DNA from: Pseudanabaena sp. OTE_70b_metabat_355
Lineage (GTDB): Bacteria; Cyanobacteriota; Cyanobacteriia; Pseudanabaenales; Pseudanabaenaceae
Direction: 5' to 3'
Assembly: GCA_031377675.1 (NCBI GenBank)
Contig: JANMFC010000526.1
Location: 120 to 64,119, forward strand
DNA: 64,000 nt
The position numbers and the translations under genes were made by a program. Under the pieces are notes generated by a model. The model saw nothing but the letters and a program-made list of their open reading frames with translations. It was not told where the DNA came from and did no database searches. Of the stretch, positions 19,823 through 28,300 are shown piece after piece (the stretch's first letter is position 1; each line of letters starts with the position of its first letter).

Positions 19823-22786
19823 ATGATGCATCATCCCGACCCGAACGAGAAGTCCCGTGAACAAAGAATGGTAAAGAAGGACGCGGTTATGCGTCGTCTT
19901 CTTGCGGCGACTTTGTCTGTCAGCAGCTTGTGGCAGCTCATGCCCCCCACCGCAGTAGCACAAGTTGCTACTCCTCTGACTGCGGCTGGTACAGCGATCG
20001 ATAACACCGCCACAGGTACTTACATTGATCCCAATACTGGCACAGTGATAAACGCCACATCTAACCCAGTCACGGCGACAGTGGCTGAGGTAGCTGGTGT
20101 AACTGTCGTTTCGTCAGGAACGATCGACGTAAACGGCGGTAGTGTCACTACTGGTGATTTTGTTAATTACAGCTTCTTGATTACCAATACTGGTAACGAT
20201 CGCACGGCTCTGCACATTCCTACTTCCGCGACTACTACAGCAGCTGGTACTCTTGGTACAACTACACTGCCTGCTGTTCCGAACGTATTGCCTGCTACTG
20301 GGAGCAGAAGTGTATATGTCACCGAAATTAATGGCGTAGTCTTAACCTCACCTGTACTACTGCCTGCGAGTGGTAATACGAATGATCCTTTATTTATTAC
20401 TGCCGTTAATGGTTTAGCCTCTGGGGCTCTTCTCCCACCAGTAGGCGATATTCCGTTAGGTGCTGGCAGTATTCCTATTGGTGGCACGATCAAGGTGGTT
20501 GTCCCTGTCACGATCGCCGCAACGACCGCAGGTACACTAATACCAGTAACTTTGGGTAATACAGGAACTTATGTTGGCGATGTTGGCACTAACACCCAAA
20601 ACCAACCTGATGCGGGAAATCCGACTGCTATCCCACCTACTCCAGTTGAAACTGGCACTGATCTCGGTGGAGCAGATGAAGTCTACACCATCAACGTGAC
20701 CACAGCTTTACGAGCTACAGCACCCGCTAATGGCGTTCGTGAAGCCAGTGCCAAAAACACACAGACTCTTGCGACCCAAATCAATAACCTCGCCCTAGCG
20801 ACCGTCCTCAAAAAGCGCATCGGCTATGATACCAAGGGTACTGCAAGCTTTGCCGATGACACGCTAACCTATCGACTAGACTTGAATGTCGAAACATCCG
20901 CACCTGCTGGCAGTACAGGTATTACACCTGGGGCATTGACTGGTACAGCTATCAGAACCAAAGCCAATTCAGGCGTACTTGTAGCAACAACGGAAAATAA
21001 GGTCTTAATTTCTGATGTCATTCCTGCCAACACGATCTTAGATGTATCAGCATTAACACCTGCCACGGTGACCATTAATGGTGTGGTTTGGACAAGGGTT
21101 TATAGCACTCAACCTACAACAATTTCCGCATTAGCGCCTACTCAAGAGTGGTTGCTTGACGTTCCAACTGGTACTCCTGTTGTAACCCGCATTGGTTACA
21201 TTGCCAATGGTCCGATCGCATCAGGTTACTCAACCACAGGTGCTAGTGATCTTCTTGCGTTGAGAGTTCAAGTCATCACAACTGGGCTTACCGCTGTAAG
21301 CTCACCTGTGACGATCGCCAACATTGCCCAAGTCTTTGGTCAAACAGCACCTACTAGCGGTCCAGTTCTTGCGATTAGTCCGACCAATCCTCTGGTTTAT
21401 GACGAATCAGGCGACCAAAATCCGAACAACTACGAAAGTGGTTCTCCATCCGTACCCTCGTTCACCGATCCTCTATTTCCTGCTGCTGGTGTACCTCCTC
21501 TGCCCACTGGTATTGCAAGTCCTACAGGTGCCAACGGCACTGACACCAATGGAGTTGGCAACAACAACACAGGTACTGGACCTGGTGGGGAAGATAACAC
21601 CTTCACGATTAACCCTCTTGGCTCGGTCTTAAATGGTCCTCCAGGACAAGCAGGCGCGGTCGGACCTAACGGAAATAACACCGACTTTGTTAACAAATCC
21701 TTAGCCCTTCCTGCTGGTTTAGCATCTGGTCTTGCTCTCAGTACTGCTACGCCTGCGATTACGCTTGCCCAGCGCACCGTTGTCTTTACCAATACAGTTC
21801 AGAACCCCTCCACCAACACAGCCCAGTTGGACAACGTAACTTTGGAGCCAATCACGGCTGCTCAAGCTGCGGCTGCACCTACACCTGCCTTAGCTCTAGC
21901 AGACTTTGTGCTTCCAACTACAAGCAATGGTGAACCTTTACCTAATGGCACTACGGTCACAATTGCCTATCCTGTTGGTTCTGTTGCTGGTGTATCGGGA
22001 AATACAGCCACTTACACATTAAGTGCGACTGGGTTTGATCTAACCCAAAGCACAATTGGTGCTGTAACTTCTACAACAGGTGTCGCAGTTAAGCCAGTCA
22101 GAATCAATTCTATTGCCATCGGTGATCCTCAGGACTACAACGTAATTGTGGTATTGCCAGTCTCCGCCCTTGCGACAAGAGCCTATTCTGTGCCGATCGT
22201 CGCTTATGTAGACAGTAACGTCAGTAACTCAGGTGTTCTTGGTACTGGTAGTGGCACTGTTGCTGATCCTTTCAGAGGTGGATTCAAGAGTTTTGATTCA
22301 GATGCACCATTCAACATCAAGATTGATCGCGTGTACACAGGCTACTTGGATCTCGATAAGAAATCTCGCGTCATTCAAGGAACTGGTCCCGCAGTAGCTG
22401 CTGGTGACGTAGCGTTTTCCAATAGTGCAAAGAGTCCAGCCCCTGGAAACATTCTTGAGTACCTTCTTACTTACAAAAACATTTCCACACTCGCAATTGG
22501 CACTGCCAATGTCGTTTTGAATGCGAACAACATCGTTATTACTGAAGATGGCGCGACTCTTCCTAACAACTGGGCTACGACAACTTTGAACGTGCCTAGT
22601 ACTGCCACTGTAGCCTTAGATGCTGCTGGCGTTGCGACCCCTACTTACAGCGCTGTGATCACCTTCTTCAACGGTGCGACAGCTGTGACGACAGTAGATC
22701 CCAACGTAACTAGGTATCTCGATAGCATCCCATCTCTAACCCCTGGTCAGACTGGATTCTTCAGATTCCAACGTCAGGTCAAATAG
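19823..22786 (+). CDS. Secreted beta-strand-rich DUF11-like surface protein, 987 aa (candidate major filament subunit)
   Basis: Signal peptide ending AVA|Q, N-terminal AAGTAIDNTATGTY motif, Ig/DUF11-like domains, and a C-terminal DUF11-like domain ending GFFRFQRQVK. Confidence 0.85.
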   Translation: MMHHPDPNEKSREQRMVKKDAVMRRLLAATLSVSSLWQLMPPTAVAQVATPLTAAGTAIDNTATGTYIDPNTGTVINATSNPVTATVAEVAGVTVVSSGTIDVNGGSVTTGDFVNYSFLITNTGNDRTALHIPTSATTTAAGTLGTTTLPAVPNVLPATGSRSVYVTEINGVVLTSPVLLPASGNTNDPLFITAVNGLASGALLPPVGDIPLGAGSIPIGGTIKVVVPVTIAATTAGTLIPVTLGNTGTYVGDVGTNTQNQPDAGNPTAIPPTPVETGTDLGGADEVYTINVTTALRATAPANGVREASAKNTQTLATQINNLALATVLKKRIGYDTKGTASFADDTLTYRLDLNVETSAPAGSTGITPGALTGTAIRTKANSGVLVATTENKVLISDVIPANTILDVSALTPATVTINGVVWTRVYSTQPTTISALAPTQEWLLDVPTGTPVVTRIGYIANGPIASGYSTTGASDLLALRVQVITTGLTAVSSPVTIANIAQVFGQTAPTSGPVLAISPTNPLVYDESGDQNPNNYESGSPSVPSFTDPLFPAAGVPPLPTGIASPTGANGTDTNGVGNNNTGTGPGGEDNTFTINPLGSVLNGPPGQAGAVGPNGNNTDFVNKSLALPAGLASGLALSTATPAITLAQRTVVFTNTVQNPSTNTAQLDNVTLEPITAAQAAAAPTPALALADFVLPTTSNGEPLPNGTTVTIAYPVGSVAGVSGNTATYTLSATGFDLTQSTIGAVTSTTGVAVKPVRINSIAIGDPQDYNVIVVLPVSALATRAYSVPIVAYVDSNVSNSGVLGTGSGTVADPFRGGFKSFDSDAPFNIKIDRVYTGYLDLDKKSRVIQGTGPAVAAGDVAFSNSAKSPAPGNILEYLLTYKNISTLAIGTANVVLNANNIVITEDGATLPNNWATTTLNVPSTATVALDAAGVATPTYSAVITFFNGATAVTTVDPNVTRYLDSIPSLTPGQTGFFRFQRQVK

Positions 22787-22798
22787 TAGTTGATCGGC

Positions 22799-22841
22799 AT
22801 GGAGTAACTAGGATTACATTTACTAATCCTAGTTACTCCAT
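22799..22841 (+). terminator. Perfect 18-bp stem hairpin just after the 987-aa gene
   Basis: ATGGAGTAACTAGGATTA-N7-TAATCCTAGTTACTCCAT. Confidence 0.7.
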
Positions 22842-22996
22842 TCTTAATTGAGATAGGGAACATTTGGGTTCCAATGTCAAGTCAAGTAGATAATTGATCT
22901 TTGAATTATTAACTAGGCTTAGCTAGGTAGCTTGCCTAGTTAGTACTTCCTTGCCCAAATACTATTCACACATTGTTCACAACTCAGACAAACCAA

Positions 22997-23563
22997 ATGA
23001 AACGTATAAACTTAATTGGCTTAGGCGCGATCGCCTTGATCGCCACGACTGCTTTTTCTGGAGTGATGCCAGGACTAGCCACCTTGCAGTCGCGTGACAC
23101 CGCGATCGCCCAGACCGCTAAACAAGATTCTCCCGTCAAATTAGTTCTCGCTGCCGAAAAAAGAGCATTACTTGATATTGTCTCTGGACAGAACAAATGG
23201 GTTCCACTTGCGCCTAACGCATCACTACAGCCTGGCGAAACAATTCGTTATGTCGTCACCGCCAGCAATACCAGCGATCGCGCCATCAAAAATCTAGTTG
23301 TGACTCAACCGATTCCCAAAGGTTCAGTTTATGTTCTAAACTCAGCAACCTTACCCAGTATTGACGGAGCAAAGGTAGAGTACAGCATCGATGGCGGCAA
23401 AAACTACAGCGCCAAACCCACAATTCGCGTCAAGAACGAAAACGGCGAAATTGTCACTAAGCCTGCACCTGAGACTATGTATACAAATGTCCGATGGACT
23501 TTTGGTGAGAGTCTTTCTCCAAAAACAGCTTCCAACGCAACTTATCAGGTTCGCATTCGCTAG
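22997..23563 (+). CDS. Secreted single DUF11-like domain protein (candidate periplasmic chaperone/cap)
   Basis: Signal peptide MKRINLIGLGAIALIATTA..., PGETIRYVVTASN, NLVVTQPIP, ends ATYQVRIR; ATG at 22997 preferred over TTG 22973. Confidence 0.85.
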   Translation: MKRINLIGLGAIALIATTAFSGVMPGLATLQSRDTAIAQTAKQDSPVKLVLAAEKRALLDIVSGQNKWVPLAPNASLQPGETIRYVVTASNTSDRAIKNLVVTQPIPKGSVYVLNSATLPSIDGAKVEYSIDGGKNYSAKPTIRVKNENGEIVTKPAPETMYTNVRWTFGESLSPKTASNATYQVRIR

Positions 23564-23642
23564 ACATTTTTCTTTGCGAAGCTTTTCATAACGTTGTTCT
23601 TTGTAAGGACGCAATTGATAAATCTCTTTCTGCTAGCGTGAC

Positions 23643-23716
23643 AGGGCAAGCACGGGGGCATTGCCCCTACCCGAATAATTCATGATCTGTAGGGGCTGCG
23701 CCCCCGTGCCAGCCCT
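23643..23716. repeat. GTAG-type REP doublet (REPIN-like)
   Basis: AGGGCAAGCACGGGGGCATTGCCCCTAC ... GTAGGGGCTGCGCCCCCGTGCCAGCCCT in inverted orientation. Confidence 0.75.
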
Positions 23717-23777
23717 CAATCATGAGGATCGCTAATTTTTAAAGATGCTTTAAGGCAATTTGAGGTTACTTGTTTCA

Positions 23778-25364
23778 ATGAAGATTAAAAGTTGCACAAC
23801 AAAACAAAAAATTCTGCGAAACAGCTTCAAGTTTGCCGCAACTATTCTGATGGCTGCATCTCAAATCTGCCAATCCGCCCTTGCACAAGGACAGTCTCAA
23901 CAAAGACGACCTGAACGAAGAGCAACATCAGCAGCCACGGTTGAAATTTTTAACACGGCTGCGTATCAATACAGCTTTCCCGATCCCAATGATCCTAAAA
24001 AAGAAATTACTATTAAGAGTGAGTCGGCACAACTTCAAGCGGAACTGATTGACCCGTTCGGTAGGGTGACAGCTTGTGATGGTGGGCTTCTGTCTGATTA
24101 CACAGGCTTTAGTGTCGGTTTGTATGAGCCTCTTAACGATCTTGGTGACTTTGGCTTGCCAATCGTTTTAACTGGGACAGTGCCGCCAAATCAAGTCTCA
24201 GCTAGTAATCGATTTGTGGGACTAGAGCCAAATTTTTATAATATTAATCCCTTTTTCTTAACCAACGGCGATCAAGGCAAATTTAACTTCCTGTATGACG
24301 ACAGTCGTGGTCAAGTTGATATCGGTCGTGTCAATATTCTTGTCGTAAAAACTGCTGCTAACTCATCTTTAGGTGGAAGAAGAATAAAGATTACGATCAC
24401 TTCACGGGTTGGAAACATTGTCGGCTATACAGCGACTTCGTTAGACGGAAAAGCAATTACCACAGATGGTGGAGGCACTTCGGTTAACGGTACGATTGAC
24501 GTTGCTAATGCCGCTACAGTTGGACTTGGCTTGGCGGTGTTTAATCTTGCCATTTCATCATGCGATGCCGTATCTCTACAAATTTTAAAGACAGGCGATC
24601 GCGCTGCTGCACAACCTGGCGATATCGTCATTTATCGCTTAAATATTCGCAACCTTTCTACATCCGCAATCAGAGATCCTGAAGTTCGCGATGATTTGCC
24701 GCTCGGATTTCAATATGCAGAAGGCTCCGTAAAAGCTGAATTTGGTGGAGTACAAGTTCCCGTCACCATCGAAAAGAACGGCAGAAGTCTGATCTTCCGT
24801 CCCAACATAGAACTCCCTAGTGCCAGAGACAATGTTGCGTTGACGGTCGTTTATGCCGCACAAGTTACCAATGATGCCATTCGTGGCACAGGCATCAATC
24901 GCGCCACAGTTCAAGGAACACTTAGTTCTAATAACTCGATCGTCCGTGACGGTCCCGCATTTCATAAGCTCAGAGTTAGCCCCGGAATTTTGTCTGATTG
25001 TGGAACTTTAGTCGGTCGAGTATTTGTCGATAAGAACTTTGATGGCGAGCAGCAACCAGGCGAACCAGGAGTTCCCAATGCTGTGCTTTATATGGACGAT
25101 GGTAATCGGATTGTCACCGATCCTAATGGTCTATATTCTCAAAGTTGCGTACTTTCTGGCAGTCGGACTTTAGCGATCGACCTAACTTCTGTGCCTGGCT
25201 ATACCCTCGCGCCAAATCTGTATTTTGCCGAACGCAATAGTCAATCTCGATTGGTACGCTTAGCCCCTGGCAGTTTAAATCGAGTTAACTTTGCGGTTAC
25301 TCCCGTTGCGCGTGGACTAAGTACCAACATTAACAGTAAGCCAGAACAAGGTGGAGCAAAATAA
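23778..25364 (+). CDS. Secreted DUF11 + SdrD-B-like domain protein (candidate base/anchor subunit)
   Basis: Signal peptide; EIFNTAAYQY motif; one complete DUF11 domain (LQILK...RDDLP...GINRATV); C-terminal GRVFVDKNFDGEQQPGEPG. The stop overlaps the next ATG (TAATG). Confidence 0.85.
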   Translation: MKIKSCTTKQKILRNSFKFAATILMAASQICQSALAQGQSQQRRPERRATSAATVEIFNTAAYQYSFPDPNDPKKEITIKSESAQLQAELIDPFGRVTACDGGLLSDYTGFSVGLYEPLNDLGDFGLPIVLTGTVPPNQVSASNRFVGLEPNFYNINPFFLTNGDQGKFNFLYDDSRGQVDIGRVNILVVKTAANSSLGGRRIKITITSRVGNIVGYTATSLDGKAITTDGGGTSVNGTIDVANAATVGLGLAVFNLAISSCDAVSLQILKTGDRAAAQPGDIVIYRLNIRNLSTSAIRDPEVRDDLPLGFQYAEGSVKAEFGGVQVPVTIEKNGRSLIFRPNIELPSARDNVALTVVYAAQVTNDAIRGTGINRATVQGTLSSNNSIVRDGPAFHKLRVSPGILSDCGTLVGRVFVDKNFDGEQQPGEPGVPNAVLYMDDGNRIVTDPNGLYSQSCVLSGSRTLAIDLTSVPGYTLAPNLYFAERNSQSRLVRLAPGSLNRVNFAVTPVARGLSTNINSKPEQGGAK

Positions 25365-28300
25365 TGAAAAACACTTCTGCTCCTCTTCTCAAGCTAGCAA
25401 TTTTCGCCTTCCCGCAAGTGATGTTGTTGCTGATTGCACCATCAGTAAGAGCGGATGTAGTCTCAGATGTAAGCACCGAAAGCAAAAAAACTGACATCAA
25501 ACAAAAAGACTCGTTAGCGAATCCAGTTAAAGTTTTACCTGTTAACGCTGAATCGGTAAAGGTTGAGCCTATATCGGTAAAAGTTGAGGCGATCGCTTCT
25601 CCAAAAGTCGATCCCCAAAACATTACCATCGAAAAGCCTGCCGAAAAGCCTACTGAAAAGGTAACAGGTCAAAACGAACCCGCAAACACTGCTAACCTGA
25701 CAACAAATCCTCCAAAAAATCCTCCAAAAAATCCAACAGTCTCTCAATCTCCCGTTGCCCCAGAAACTACTCCAAATCCCACTACACCAACCCCAGCTAC
25801 CGCTCCAACTAATTCCACTTCGCCACGCATAACCATCCTCTCGCCCACCGCTAACACGGTGATGGATGCTCCCGCCGCAACAGTGGTAATCCAAAGCCCT
25901 AGCAATACCAAAGTTGAACTTTTGGTAAATGGCAAACTCGTTGACTCTAATTCAATTGGGCGATCGGAATTAGATGAAGTCAATAAAACCATCACGCAGA
26001 CTTGGTATGGCGTACCCCTACAAGCAGGTGAAAACATCCTTTCCGCAAGGGTCGCAGGAACTGAGCAAACCCTGAGTTCAGTCACTGTCAAAGTCAGAGG
26101 CACACCCGTCAAACTGGCGATCAATACCCTAGAATCGCGCATTCCTGCGGATGGACGCTCGTATGCCACAGTTGATGGACAACTCGTTGATGAGAATGGC
26201 AATCGCTCCAATTGGGATGCGATCGTTACTTTACAGGCTAGCGATGGTGAGTTTATTGGTACTGATGCGTCACCAGAGCAGCCAGGGTTTCAGGTTCAAG
26301 CCAAGCAAGGTAAATTTACCGCGCAATTAAAATCGGGGCTGAAAGCAGGCACAATCATCATCCGAGCGCAAAATGCTCAGATGGAAACTTTTACGCAGGT
26401 TCAGTTTGAGACGGATTTGCGTCCATCCTTAGTCACGGGTGTAATCGATCTACGGGTTGGTGCTAGAGGTACGGATTTTTATCGTAGTTTGCGTGAGTTT
26501 TTACCTAGCGATCGCGATAATCGCACTCAAGTCGATCTCTATGGCGCTGTGTTCGGCACAGGTCGAGTGGGCGAATGGCTAGTCACAGGCGCATATAACA
26601 ATAGCCGCACCCTTAATCAAGATTGCAGTGGTAACAGTAGCCTATTTAGTGGCGAAAAATATTGCGGTACGCAATATCCCGTCTATGGCGATAGCTCGAC
26701 CGCGTCCCAAGCCGCCCGTTCCTACGACAGTTTATATTTGCGTTTTGAGCGGACTTCATCCGTAAAAGATGCCAGCCCCGACTACTTCATGTGGGGTAAC
26801 TTCAATACTGAGGAGTTTGCCTCGCGATCGCAGCAATATTCTTCCATTTCGCGTCAACTACATGGAGCCAAAGGTAATTTTAATCTTGGTGATGTGCAGC
26901 TCACGGGATTTTATAGCAATGTCGGCAAAGGCTTTCAACGCGATACGATCGCTCCCAATGGCACAAGTGGAACTTACTTTCTCTCGCGTCAGCTATTAAT
27001 TAGTGGCAGTGAGAATGTATTTGTCGAGCTAGTTGATTTCTTTAGTGCAGGAACAGTGGTTTCTCGTAAAGAAGCGGTGCGGGGCAAAGACTACGACATC
27101 AACTACGACAATGGCTCATTGCTATTTCGGCAGCCTCTTTATCAAACCGAACTAGGTGATAAGGGCGAACTCCTGCGCCGTCAGGTTGTGATTACCTATC
27201 AAAATGAACAAGCAGGCGGAGATAGTAGTATCTACGGCGGACAACTGCGCTATCACCTCAATCGCAGCCAATCTCAACCAAGTTCACTCGCTGTAAATTA
27301 TTTCAAAGAAAGTCAAGGGATTCGTAATTTTGTCCTGTATGGGGCAAATGCGCTAATTTCGTTTAGCGAAAAAACTCAACTAACAGCCGAATATGCCCGA
27401 TCAGAGAATGATTCGGAAGTTGTGGGATTTGTGAGTGGTTCGGCATATCGATTTGAATTAAATAGCGAGATTGCAGGTATCCTCGGCAAAATCTACTACA
27501 ACAAAGCTGAGACAGGTTTTGCGAATAATGCCACGATCAGTTTTGTGCCAGGGCAGACTAGGTTCGGCACACAGTTAAGTGCTAAGGTCGGCTCTACGAC
27601 AGATCTAAGATTTCAATACGAGCAGGAAAATAATAATGGCATCGCGCCCCGCCCTTTAACTGTTCTCACCGATTTGCTTACTCCCCGTCAGGAAGCAGTT
27701 CCAGGTACGGCGGTGGATAATTCCTTACGCACGATTAGCTTTGGATTGCAGCAAAATATTGGCGCGGCTCTGCTCAATCTCGATCTGCTCTATCGCGATC
27801 GCCAAGATCGCCAAACACCAAATGTACTATCGAGCAACTCAACCCAACTGCGATCGCGGGTATCAGTGCCGATCGCCGAGAACCTCAAATTTTCTGCTCA
27901 AAATGAAGTCAGTCTCTCCTCTAGCGCTGATGCCGTAATTCCCGATCGCAGTGTTGTCTCTCTAGATTGGACAATTGTTCAAGGCTTGACCGCAAGATTG
28001 GGTCAGCAATGGTTCCATTCAGGCGCTTTAGCAGGAAGTTCGATTACCAGTGCGGATTTGCTGGGAGAATATAGACTCGGCACTGATACTAGTTTGACGG
28101 GGCGTTATTCCGTTGTCGGTGGCGGCAACACCACCTCTACACAGGGTTCGGTAGGACTGAATCAGCGTTGGCAAATCATGCCAGGTTTGCGCTTAGGGTT
28201 TGGCTATGAAAAAGTATTTGGCACGTTTGCTTCCGCAACCACGACCGCGACAGGCACGCAGTTTCAGCAGCCTGTCGCGGTTGGGCAGTCCTCTAGCTCT

